A program made the position numbers and the translations under genes. From the IMG/VR virus record IMGVR_UViG_3300042261_001262: DNA of 64,000 nucleotides; one strand, given 5' to 3'. A model generated the notes under the pieces. That model was not told the DNA's origin and made no database searches. It saw nothing but the letters and a program-made list of their open reading frames with translations. This DNA comes from an uncultured virus (IMG/VR IMGVR_UViG_3300042261_001262). Taxonomy: Duplodnaviria > Heunggongvirae > Uroviricota > Caudoviricetes. Shown here one piece after another: positions 33,011 to 42,651 of this stretch (positions are counted from its first letter, which is position 1; the number at the start of each line of letters is the position of its first letter).

Positions 33011-33438
33011 TGTTTTTTACGGAGATACTATTTGAACAACAAACTCCTCAACAAGCTCCTCCAAAAAAAGATAGTTTAGTTGCTCCTAAAGCAAATAAAA
33101 ATGAGCCATCACAAGATGATCAATATTCGTCTCAACAAAATGAAGATAATACTGATTATGATGAAGAAGATATGGAAGATGAAGAAGGTATGGGAGAACA
33201 GACACCACAAGAACCTCAAAATTTTTTACCTCCAGATCTTGCACCCATCAAAAGGTATTACCTAATACAGAGAATGAAAGATTTATCAAATATATTAGAT
33301 AATTTTAATATTAAAAATGAGGATTTAGAACTGGTACTAAAATTTTCAAATGATTTATCATATGAATCATTAATGTTATTAGGTACTGGTGTTATACAAA
33401 CTACTGAGCAACAATTAGCGAGGTTAACAAATGGCTAA
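33010..33438 (+). CDS. acidic low-complexity head assembly/core protein
   Basis: Between portal and protease; starts MFFTEILFE; D/E/Q-rich. Confidence 0.65.
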   Translation: MFFTEILFEQQTPQQAPPKKDSLVAPKANKNEPSQDDQYSSQQNEDNTDYDEEDMEDEEGMGEQTPQEPQNFLPPDLAPIKRYYLIQRMKDLSNILDNFNIKNEDLELVLKFSNDLSYESLMLLGTGVIQTTEQQLARLTNG

Positions 33439-34201
33439 AGAATTTAAGCATAAGAAATATAATTTTATATTTGAACAGACAAATATCGTTTCGCATAACG
33501 ATATTGAAATTCTAGAAGAGCAGAAATTTAGTGGTGGTAGTGGAAAAATTTTTGCTTCTGTAAGGTTGCAGGAATCAGAAATTAAGAATAATAATGGACG
33601 CTATTATTCAAAACCAATTTGTGAATCAATAGTTAGTCAATTATCTCCAAAAGCAACAGGTAGATCTTTGCTTATGGAAATTGATCATCCATTATTCATA
33701 TCAGCAGATCCAAATGTATTAAAAAGAAGAGCATCTATTATAGAAATTAATAATTGTGGTGCATTACTTCGGAATGTGAAACTTATTGATAATGAAATAA
33801 TAGGTGAATTTGAAACTCTTAGTGGATTCAAGGGCCCAGATGTTTATAATCTTATCATGAAAGATAAGGTAGACATTGGTTTTTCACTTCGTGCTCTTGG
33901 GGCAGTCGAAACCTTACAAGATGGTACGATAATGGTGAAAGATCCAATCAGGCCAATCACTTATGACATAGTTTCTAATCCGAGTCATGCAAATGCAAGA
34001 GTTTTGGAATTTTTACCTGAATCAGCCCAGGAATTTGTTCCAGAACGAAATGTTATTTATGAAAATTCAGATTTAGATTTATTAATGTCAGATCAAGTTA
34101 ACGTAATAGTTAATAATTCGAATGTATTAAAATTTATTGATGATATTATTAATGAAAGATTTATGGAAGTTGCATCTAAAAAGATTAGATTTAGGATCTA
34201 A
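33431..34201 (+). CDS. prohead protease (T4 gp21-like)
   Basis: NNNGRYY, EIDHP, IGFSLRALG, TYDIVSNPS motifs. Confidence 0.9.
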   Translation: MAKEFKHKKYNFIFEQTNIVSHNDIEILEEQKFSGGSGKIFASVRLQESEIKNNNGRYYSKPICESIVSQLSPKATGRSLLMEIDHPLFISADPNVLKRRASIIEINNCGALLRNVKLIDNEIIGEFETLSGFKGPDVYNLIMKDKVDIGFSLRALGAVETLQDGTIMVKDPIRPITYDIVSNPSHANARVLEFLPESAQEFVPERNVIYENSDLDLLMSDQVNVIVNNSNVLKFIDDIINERFMEVASKKIRFRI

Positions 34202-34231
34202 TTGTAATTTTAATTTAAGGAGAATTTAATT

Positions 34232-36382
34232 ATGAATGGTATGGAAGCATTATTTGAGAATTATGAATGCTTTATTAATGAGCACAGAGATGATCTTGCT
34301 ACCCCAACTGGTGCTCTTAAAATGATAACTGATAACGGTATGTTTAGGGCATACATGGACAGTTTAACAGATGGGCTTGATGCTGGTACAAGATCAACAG
34401 TTATGTCAGTTGCCAATCGTCAGAGAGAAATGATTCTGACTGAGGCTGCTAACGTTCCTGGTTCAACTCTTTCGTTTGGTTGGACGGTCTAAAACTTTGG
34501 ACCTCTTAAGAGTAATTTTAAGATAAATCATCTCCTTAATTGCTGGAACACCCTTAGAGCTTAGTTAACTACAAAGTAATCTGAAAAGATAAGCTTGATA
34601 GTTTAAAAATAACTAAGATTGGGCAATCAGCAGCCAAGCTCCTAGAGAATGTCCGCTAACATTTATGGAGAAGGTTCAACGACTAGAGCGCAAGCTCGTA
34701 GGCTCAAGCGAGCCGAAATGGGAGACATCCTAAATAAGGAAGTTATAATGAAAGATGAAGAAGTTTTAAAACGTTTTTGGAGTAAAGTAATTAATCCTGG
34801 TGAATGGAATATATCAAAATGTTTCATTTGGAATTTTAATCTTGATAGAAATGGATATGGTCGATTTTTTATTGATTATAAAGAACATAAAGCTCATAGA
34901 TTTATATATGAGTTGTATAATGTTGATTTTAAAACAGTTTCATATCATGAATAAAATTATTTAGGATGAAGATATAGTCTAAACTCAAAGGAAACTTTGA
35001 GCTGTCGAAAGACGAATAGAGTCTTGCGAACTCTATTGAATGAATTTGTAAGTTTTCCAATTCTTGTTGATATTTATGCTGAACCTGTAATTGCTGAGCT
35101 TTGCAATGTTTATCCTGTTTCCGCTCCTGTTGCTTCAATTCCTCGTATTAAAATTATGGCTTATGTTAAGGGCTATAATGGAGTAGTTCAGCAGGTTAAG
35201 ATTCCTACGGTTAATGGTCCAGTTAGACCTGGTGCATTAGCTCTCAGTGTAACACCTGCGGTAAGCAATGATTTATTTACTATTGCTACTGCTGCTGTTG
35301 CTCCTGCATCAGTAACTGCAGATCTTTATAGGATTAACAGGCGTTACACTCTTATTACTAGCGTTCAAGTTACTGAGACTGCTGGTGGTGTACCTGTTGC
35401 TCACGATGTTGCTGTTACATTTAAACCTGATAACCGTAATCAATTTGTTGGTACATTTACTTTTACGGATAGCGTTGGTGAATCCATTGTTGGTAGTCTT
35501 CTCGGCCATATTAATTATGATACTGGTATTTTTACGTATAACGTAACATATTCTACTTCAGCTCTCGGTTCTACATTTGCGACTGCTTCTGCAGTTCTTA
35601 CTATTCGGTTTACATCGCAGACCACGATGAATGGTCGTATTAAGGTCAAGATTGAAACCGAAATGACCGACGTAACGATCGATCAGAATGAGGATTTCCT
35701 GATTGATCTTCCTGCTGAAGATATTCAGGATTTCCGCGCAATCTTTAAGATTGATATTATTCGTACCCTTTCGGAAGCTATTAAACGTCAGATCATGCTT
35801 AACAAAGATAGCGATCTCGCTTTCTTCCTCCAGGCTGCTGAAGGTGATATGGCTACAAATGGTACAGTTGAGTCTCTTAATCTTGCTTCCTATGAAATTC
35901 CAGGTGGCAGGTTTGAGCCTAATACTCCTCTCCACGTATTCCAGTCAGTTGTTCCTAAGATTGCTATCGTCGCTGGTACAATCAGGAGGAACTTCAATAT
36001 GTATCCTTCATACATGGTTGCTGGTCTTAAGACTGCTGCTATGCTTCGGTCTTTACAAGCAATTGCTCTCCAGATGCCTGGTATTGGTCAGGGTGACGGT
36101 GCTGTTGGTTTCAACGGCGAAGTTGCTCAATTCCTCCGCATGAAGGTTCTTGAGGGTAATGCGGTTAATGAAGGTAAGATCTATATGTCAACAAAGGCTC
36201 CAAACAATGCTCTCGAGAAGAGCACCATCATCGATCTTATTTATCAACCACTCTATATCGTAACGGAAGTCACTGATGGTAACACCAGGAACTTTGTACG
36301 GTCTAGAACTCTCATTGAGATTCCTAGGACAGATGGTCTTGGGTTAATCAATGTGTCTGGTCTTGGTGGTTATTTCGCGTAA
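34232..36382 (+). CDS. major capsid protein, spliced (exons 34232-34490 and 35049-36382; 530 aa)
   Basis: Follows the protease; junction GWTV-L-SFPILVDIY; EDIQD...IDI...LS...K; marked codon bias; strong terminator after. Confidence 0.85.
34491..35048 (+). ncRNA. group I intron in major capsid gene (558 nt, phase 1)
   Basis: P1 GGUCU/GGACC; P10 AAAACUU/AAGUUUU; AATTGCTGGAA...AATCAGCAG; GACTA/TAGTC; ends in G at 35048. Confidence 0.92.
34748..34954 (+). pseudogene. truncated HNH homing endonuclease remnant inside the capsid intron
   Basis: RFWSKV...CFIW...GYG...AHRF N-terminal HNH signature; stops before the catalytic core; lies inside the ATCCTAAATAA/TTATTTAGGAT (P8) stem. Confidence 0.8.
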
Positions 36383-36392
36383 TGTTTTAATA

Positions 36393-36423
36393 AGTGACAG
36401 GGGAAGAATATTCCCCTGTCACT
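36393..36423 (+). terminator. terminator hairpin after capsid gene
   Basis: AGTGACAGGGGAA-GAATA-TTCCCCTGTCACT. Confidence 0.75.
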
Positions 36424-36491
36424 CATATTTTGATTTTGTGAGGTAATCATGATGCAAATCGTCAAATTATATTAAATAAAAAATAGAACAT

Positions 36492-37406
36492 TTGGAGGCG
36501 AAAGTGGCATTAAGTGAATTTTTAAAAATATCTGAAATGATAAGTAATATTAAGAAACAGGAAGTACCTCTACCTATCGCCAGAAAAAGCGCAGTAGTCG
36601 GACCTTTAAGAGTTGGAGATGATTTATCATTAAGATCATCTTTAACATCTCCTGTTAATTATGATAGAGATTTAACAAGATTGTTATATAATCATACAGA
36701 AATTATTGAAGCTGAAGGTAAACCTTTAATTAAAGAAAATTTTGAATTGTTTTGTGCGACAACTTCGAATATTGATAAGATTTGTTTAATTTGGGCACTA
36801 TATAAAACAACTTATGAAACCTTAGGAAAAAGATCTTTTAAATGTGACAAAGAAAATTGTAAAGCTGAATTTAAGCATGAGGTTTTCCTAGATAATTTAA
36901 TTCAAGAAGATACATTCCTTCCTTGGGAAGAAGATTTACCATTTCATGAATTCAATTATCCGATTAGTGTTCCATATGAACAATTTATATATACATTGAA
37001 TAGTAGATTACCATCAATTAGAGACAACAATAGATTACTAAGTAACATTTCAATTGAAGCATTACAAAATACATTTCAGACAGTTGGTAGTTTATTTAAT
37101 AGAGCAGAGCAGATGGCTTTATTATTAAAATCTATAAGTATTAAAAGTACAAAACAGGGAGGTTCTGCCGCTGAAACTGATAATCTTCAAGAAATGTTAA
37201 TTGCTTTGAATAATCATGTTCCTCATGTTGTTTCTGAAGAATTCTTTAGACAATATAGAGATAAATTTGACAAATATTATCCAAAATTTTATACGATGGT
37301 TTTATGTCCTGAATGTTCAAATGAGATGAAATTTCAAGTAGATTTAGAAGTCGAGTTTTTTCGGCGAAGCTTATTTGGTAGAGGGGAGGGCGCTGAAGAA
37401 TTATAA
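36492..37406 (+). CDS. baseplate hub assembly protein (T4 gp26-like)
   Basis: PL.V.D...; two Cys pairs (CDKENC, CPEC) and terminal EFF; probable GTG start at 36504. Confidence 0.65.
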   Translation: MEAKVALSEFLKISEMISNIKKQEVPLPIARKSAVVGPLRVGDDLSLRSSLTSPVNYDRDLTRLLYNHTEIIEAEGKPLIKENFELFCATTSNIDKICLIWALYKTTYETLGKRSFKCDKENCKAEFKHEVFLDNLIQEDTFLPWEEDLPFHEFNYPISVPYEQFIYTLNSRLPSIRDNNRLLSNISIEALQNTFQTVGSLFNRAEQMALLLKSISIKSTKQGGSAAETDNLQEMLIALNNHVPHVVSEEFFRQYRDKFDKYYPKFYTMVLCPECSNEMKFQVDLEVEFFRRSLFGRGEGAEEL

Positions 37407-37605
37407 ATATTTTGTAGATACTTTTCTTCTTTATCAAGCTCTATTTGAAAACTCAGGAGATTTATATTCACTTTTACATTTACCATATCCACTTTATAAT
37501 GATGTCATATTGAAACAAATTGATGAAAAGAAAAGAGAAAAGCGTGTAATCGATGAAAAAATGCGTAATGTTCAATCAAAACAAAGATCAACTAAGAAAC
37601 GATAA
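37375..37605 (+). CDS. small baseplate assembly chaperone (gp51-like)
   Basis: Follows the gp26-like gene; LL.LPY motif then charged helix. Confidence 0.5.
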   Translation: MVEGRALKNYKYFVDTFLLYQALFENSGDLYSLLHLPYPLYNDVILKQIDEKKREKRVIDEKMRNVQSKQRSTKKR

Positions 37606-37607
37606 AG

Positions 37608-38147
37608 GTGGGGATAATGCAGATTGATATTTCAAAATTACCACCAACCATACTAAGACAACTACCAGTTTCATTGAGAACATATAAGAGTGTTTATGAA
37701 TTTGAACAATTACCAGCAAGAATACAAAATATTTTAAAGAATTATTTAGAAGAAACACCAAAAATAACATATAGTAATATTTTAGATTTAAGACCTGATA
37801 TTTCTGAATATAGTGATTTTCAAACTATTGATAATTATAATGATTTGGTTGCCGAATATATAAAAAACTATTTACAAGTGTTGCCAGGAACATATCCATT
37901 TGATCCAACTTTTGGATGTAGGCTTAGGCAACAAATTCAAACTAAGGATACTAATTTAAGAAGAACATTAATTACTTCAGAAATTGATAACATTATATTA
38001 GCTATTACAACAGATCTTAATGCAAATATTAAGGTTACAAATCTCTCAATAGTTCCAGTTTCAGAAGGAGCTTATACAGAATTTAATGTTAAGATTGAAC
38101 TTATGATTAATGATACTTATAAAAATATTAATTTGGAATTTCGGTAA
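37608..38147 (+). CDS. gp25/GPW-like baseplate protein (sheath initiator)
   Basis: L...PGTYPFDPTFGCRL motif. Confidence 0.8.
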   Translation: MGIMQIDISKLPPTILRQLPVSLRTYKSVYEFEQLPARIQNILKNYLEETPKITYSNILDLRPDISEYSDFQTIDNYNDLVAEYIKNYLQVLPGTYPFDPTFGCRLRQQIQTKDTNLRRTLITSEIDNIILAITTDLNANIKVTNLSIVPVSEGAYTEFNVKIELMINDTYKNINLEFR

Positions 38148-38185
38148 AAAAAGGAGATCATTTATTTTTAAATGATCTCCTTTTT
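38148..38185. terminator. bidirectional terminator between convergent genes
   Basis: AAAAAGGAGATCATTTA-N4-TAAATGATCTCCTTTTT. Confidence 0.75.
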
Positions 38186-38188
38186 CTT

Positions 38189-38989
38189 TTACTGCGATAT
38201 TTCTATGTATTCACCCATTTGCATTACCGTTATGTTGCTTGGTTTATCTAACTCATATTTAGCATGAAATAATATTGGTTCTTTATGATCTTTAAATAGA
38301 TCTCCCAAAAAATCATTTCTCATAAATATTTTAATATTTTTGCCGATGTTTATATCAAAAATAGACCAAAGAGGTAATAAATATTGTATCAGACTATTGA
38401 CTTCAAATTTTGTACAATCACCTATGAAGTTCTGTGAAGGATTCATTATAGACATATAAAGTTGACAAGTTTGTTTATCAACAGTTGTAAAAATAAATCC
38501 TTGTTTAAGAATAACAGGGAAAGCTTTAAGAAAATCAGCTTTAAATTTTACTTTTTGATCATAAAATATAGAGTGGGTTTTTATATTAGCATTTGTTTCT
38601 TGAGTTTCAAATACTAATTTTGGTTCAACAGTTATCTCTGTTTCTTGACCTTTTCTTTTTTCAACTACAGAAGAATAATGAATGTATCCTAAATTACTTC
38701 CACCAAACATATCATCTGGTAATTTTGAAATACAATCAAAACTGATAATATTATCAGATACTGTATATTTTGCTATATCAGATAATATTTCATAAAGAGT
38801 TTGTACTCTGTGAAGTTGATTGAGTGACAGAAAAAACTTAGAATGATAACGCTCTTCAAACTTATAAAATGGACATATAATCTCTGTTGACTCATTATTT
38901 TTTTTTGCTAGAATAAATTGTTGTTCTAAGGAAATGACTGCTTGAGTATTGTTTGATTGTGTTCGTTTCGTAGACATGTTCAAATTCAT
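38189..38989 (-). CDS. hypothetical protein
   Basis: 266 aa, SD GGAGG, own upstream motif and terminator; lone minus-strand gene in the virion module. Confidence 0.75.
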   Translation of the reverse strand: MNLNMSTKRTQSNNTQAVISLEQQFILAKKNNESTEIICPFYKFEERYHSKFFLSLNQLHRVQTLYEILSDIAKYTVSDNIISFDCISKLPDDMFGGSNLGYIHYSSVVEKRKGQETEITVEPKLVFETQETNANIKTHSIFYDQKVKFKADFLKAFPVILKQGFIFTTVDKQTCQLYMSIMNPSQNFIGDCTKFEVNSLIQYLLPLWSIFDINIGKNIKIFMRNDFLGDLFKDHKEPILFHAKYELDKPSNITVMQMGEYIEISQ

Positions 38990-39043
38990 AATAGTATCCT
39001 CCTAAATATTAGTATTTAAAAATTCGAAAACATATACAAAAAT

Positions 39044-39056
39044 ATTATTTCTATAT
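39044..39056 (-). promoter_or_regulatory. ATATAGAAATAAT motif (candidate phage promoter)
   Basis: Exact 13-mer also at 48121, 54104 and 58261. Confidence 0.5.
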
Positions 39057-39077
39057 CAAAATAGAAACATATGAGGA

Positions 39078-40043
39078 TTGATAATGCTTAATGCTATGCT
39101 TGACCCTCAATCAGTTCAAACGTATCACAGTGAATATTTAAGTTTAATTAAATTTTATATGAATACAAAACGTCCTAGTTCTTTTGTTCGATATTATAAC
39201 ATAGATATTAATAATTCAACCTATGATCCAAAACTTAATGCAACATATGATTTATATCATGTTTCTGATGTAAAATTTAATTTATATGATTTTACACCCA
39301 CATATTATTTAGCACCAATTATAAATGCTTCATCAAATACACCAGATATTGGTGGACAAACATTTGATGCAACATCATCAATAGTTACATTTACAATTAA
39401 TCAACCTAGAATTCATGATATAGTTGTTTTTTATGATCCAGTTAGATCAAATGAAATTTTTAGAGTTGTAAATGTTAGAACACCAATAAATGCTTTACAT
39501 TCAAGTCCAAGTATTGAATGGTTTGAACTTGAATTAGAATATGCGCCTATTCCGGATGCAAGAATATTGAAAATGTTAAATCATTTTGTTTATGATTTAA
39601 CTGATGAAAAATATATCACGTATTCCGATTATAAATTATTTATTCAAAAGTTAAATAATTTAGAAAATATATTAAATCAACTTGTTCAATTTTATGATAC
39701 TTATTATGATTTGTATCAATCAACAGCCTTAGTTCCAGTAGAAGCAAATGAAGTTCTTATTCATTTTAAAAAATCATATAACATGAAATATAAAAGAATT
39801 CTTGAAAAATTTCCATTACCATATGGATATCTTGATATAGTTAATAATCAAATGTATTATCCAAAAGTAGCAGATTTACCATATGTTATGGGGAATTATA
39901 CATATCATGTTTATAATTTGGTTACTAGACAATTTGAAGAATATACTTGGTCTATAACCCATACTGAACCAGAAAATAATGTTGATAAAATATTTTTATT
40001 GTCTTATCAGTTATTACAATTAGCTTTTAATTGGCAGGTTTAA
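39078..40043 (+). CDS. virion structural protein (neck/head-closure-like)
   Basis: PRIHDIVVF...IFRV..V pattern; structural context. Confidence 0.5.
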   Translation: MIMLNAMLDPQSVQTYHSEYLSLIKFYMNTKRPSSFVRYYNIDINNSTYDPKLNATYDLYHVSDVKFNLYDFTPTYYLAPIINASSNTPDIGGQTFDATSSIVTFTINQPRIHDIVVFYDPVRSNEIFRVVNVRTPINALHSSPSIEWFELELEYAPIPDARILKMLNHFVYDLTDEKYITYSDYKLFIQKLNNLENILNQLVQFYDTYYDLYQSTALVPVEANEVLIHFKKSYNMKYKRILEKFPLPYGYLDIVNNQMYYPKVADLPYVMGNYTYHVYNLVTRQFEEYTWSITHTEPENNVDKIFLLSYQLLQLAFNWQV

Positions 40044-40055
40044 AGTGAGGTACTT

Positions 40056-41795
40056 GTGGCTAATCAATTAATACTTACAAGTTCTCCAGATGTATTAGAG
40101 AAGATTAAGAAACTAACTATAGATACAATTAAAGATTTTTTTGAACGATATATTAGTACTTATGCTCCTTACACTAATACTGTTGTTTATGATACTTTAA
40201 TTAATAATTTGACAGATTATTATTTTAATCAGGTTTATAATAATGTTCCATTCGAACTTAAGGAACTTTTTGAATCATTTACAATCACAAGTGAAGAAAC
40301 TTTTAATAAACTTCTAGTTAATATTGGAGTTCCCCAAACTGTAATTGAAAGTATGAATTATGACGATAAATTTGTTTTTCTTAAAGCAATGGCAAATTTT
40401 GAGCAATATAAAGGAACAGTTTCATTTGCTCAAAAATTAGGTCTTACATATAGTGAAACAGATCAAGTTAATATATATGAACTATATATTGATTATGATC
40501 ATAATTCTCCTTCAGATTGGGTTTTAAAACCAATTATTATTTATCGTTGGGAAAGTGAAGGTTCATCACTTCCAATTTTAACAGAATCAATTGATTATTT
40601 AGAAGTTTATAATAGTGTTCCTTCTCTTTTAATTCATCCAGATGAACTTACCAGTTTACGAAATAGCGAACAAATATTATTGCCGATTAAGTCAAATATT
40701 TTATTAGTTGAGTATAATTTAGTTAGGACTATAAGATTACTTTATGATTTATATGTTTTAGTTTATTTAAAAACTTTTAAAAATGTATTATTACCAATTT
40801 ATTTTAAAGATAGAACTATTTTATCTTCTTTAAGAAATATTTATTTTGCTTGGTATTATTTAGTTATGCGTTATTTTGATTGTGGATATTCTGCAGTCAG
40901 TAAAATTGTAGGTCAAGATATTATAAAATTTGCATATGATGAAACTATACCTGATACAGATATTCCGAATCTAATAAATCTTCAAGAGTATCAAAACACA
41001 TATGATCAGTTAGAATCAAAAGATGATAATGGAATAATTAGATTTGATACTCCATTATCAAATAATCCTGTTGAAAGAGATAATTTTTATAAAAACACAT
41101 TATTTACCAAATTATTTAAGCCGCATCAGGCAAGTGATGAGGTTACTGTATCAACAATGTATGGCAAATTATATGCAGTAGATCCAATTTTAGCAGAATA
41201 TCTTAATGAAAAGATATTATCTTATGATAATCTTGAAGAACAAAAAATAGAAATTGGTAAATTATTAACAGATATGAAATACACATTTATTACTTTCAAT
41301 AAAAATAAAACAGAGGAGTATGTTTCAGATAGTGTATTATCTGAAGGATTTAAACTTGCTAGTACACAATTTATGAATTATTTACCAGAAATATCAATAG
41401 ATCCAAGAGATACAATAACTTATATAATTCTTTATAATCTTAAACCTTATCATGTTGAGCTTCTTACAAAATATAGTTCAAGTATAGCAGTTAATGATAT
41501 TTTTGAATCTCTATGGATGAAAGAATCTCCTGATCCAGTTATTACTTGCCCAATAATGCCAAAGCAAAGTTTAGTTAATTTATCAGATATTGATTCATCT
41601 AAATTGAGATATAGTAGTCCTGATGATGTAGTTGAATTAAGTACATATTCAAGAATCACTACTGGATTATTAAATGATACTTTTTTAGAAATTTTAGATA
41701 GTTTTAGTTGTAATATTCAAACTTCAAATGTACATTCAATTATGAATTTAAGTAGTGACATAACTAGTGTTGTTGAAGTTCCTGAAACTCCGTAA
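40056..41795 (+). CDS. baseplate wedge-type protein
   Basis: YKGT and LKPYHVE motifs typical of baseplate wedge/P2-I-like proteins. Confidence 0.6.
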   Translation: MANQLILTSSPDVLEKIKKLTIDTIKDFFERYISTYAPYTNTVVYDTLINNLTDYYFNQVYNNVPFELKELFESFTITSEETFNKLLVNIGVPQTVIESMNYDDKFVFLKAMANFEQYKGTVSFAQKLGLTYSETDQVNIYELYIDYDHNSPSDWVLKPIIIYRWESEGSSLPILTESIDYLEVYNSVPSLLIHPDELTSLRNSEQILLPIKSNILLVEYNLVRTIRLLYDLYVLVYLKTFKNVLLPIYFKDRTILSSLRNIYFAWYYLVMRYFDCGYSAVSKIVGQDIIKFAYDETIPDTDIPNLINLQEYQNTYDQLESKDDNGIIRFDTPLSNNPVERDNFYKNTLFTKLFKPHQASDEVTVSTMYGKLYAVDPILAEYLNEKILSYDNLEEQKIEIGKLLTDMKYTFITFNKNKTEEYVSDSVLSEGFKLASTQFMNYLPEISIDPRDTITYIILYNLKPYHVELLTKYSSSIAVNDIFESLWMKESPDPVITCPIMPKQSLVNLSDIDSSKLRYSSPDDVVELSTYSRITTGLLNDTFLEILDSFSCNIQTSNVHSIMNLSSDITSVVEVPETP

Positions 41796-41810
41796 TATAA
41801 AATGAGGTAA

Positions 41811-42557
41811 TTGGAGGATATTGTGTTGGATCAACAAATTACGGTTTATGATAATTATAAGGTGTTAGATGATAATGTAATATTTAATAAACTTGCAAAT
41901 CAGTTAAAAAATGGAAGTGTAGGACCAGTTGGTTGGGTTAAAATAACATTACAAACCAAAAACGGAATAGTGTATGATGAAGGCCAAAATTTGGTTGTAG
42001 CACAAGGTCGTGAATTTGTAGCTGAGAAAATTTTCGACACTATTTCCAAAGTTGGAAGTGTTGACATTGTTGATTACAGAAGTCATATAGTATCACATTT
42101 TGCTGTTGGGGAAGGTGGTACCAATGTATCTGGAAGTGCAGTTACATTATTGGGACCTTACATTTGTGACACTCAGTTATTATCAGCAATTGATTTAGGA
42201 GCTGGATTGGGATATCTTGAAGAGAAAGGATCTGGTGTCGATAATGCTATTAAACCAATAATGGCGTCAGATGGTGATCTTTGGCTTGAATCTCAAGATT
42301 TTTCTGGTGGTCTAGATACATGTACGAGATATACTAAAGTAAAATGTACATGTATTGTTGCTAGTGGAGAACCAACTAGTCTTTTAACTGGAGAATCAAA
42401 AAGAATTGATGAAGCTGGTTTATATTTTACCGTACCTTCTGGTACAACACCCCCAATAACTTATTCTGATCCATATTTGTTTGCGCATATATGTTTTGCT
42501 CCTAAGTGGAAAGAAAAAGAATCTACTTTAACTATCGAATGGTACATTCTTTGTTAA
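41811..42557 (+). CDS. tail fibre/baseplate attachment protein
   Basis: NLVV..GR...AVGEG...D..L...I.EAGLY...LFAH..F..K.K...L.IEW pattern. Confidence 0.65.
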   Translation: MEDIVLDQQITVYDNYKVLDDNVIFNKLANQLKNGSVGPVGWVKITLQTKNGIVYDEGQNLVVAQGREFVAEKIFDTISKVGSVDIVDYRSHIVSHFAVGEGGTNVSGSAVTLLGPYICDTQLLSAIDLGAGLGYLEEKGSGVDNAIKPIMASDGDLWLESQDFSGGLDTCTRYTKVKCTCIVASGEPTSLLTGESKRIDEAGLYFTVPSGTTPPITYSDPYLFAHICFAPKWKEKESTLTIEWYILC

Positions 42558-42651
42558 AATTGTAAGCAATTATAGTCTTCCCGGTTCTATAATTGAGTGC
42601 AATTTAAAATTATTAATTGATGATAAAATTTATTTTTAAGGAGAGTTTCAT

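Noticed and set aside
34649..34747. N-terminal extension of the 101-aa ORF at 34649 (and the 34997 start of the capsid ORF)
   Set aside because: These stretches translate intron ribozyme sequence.
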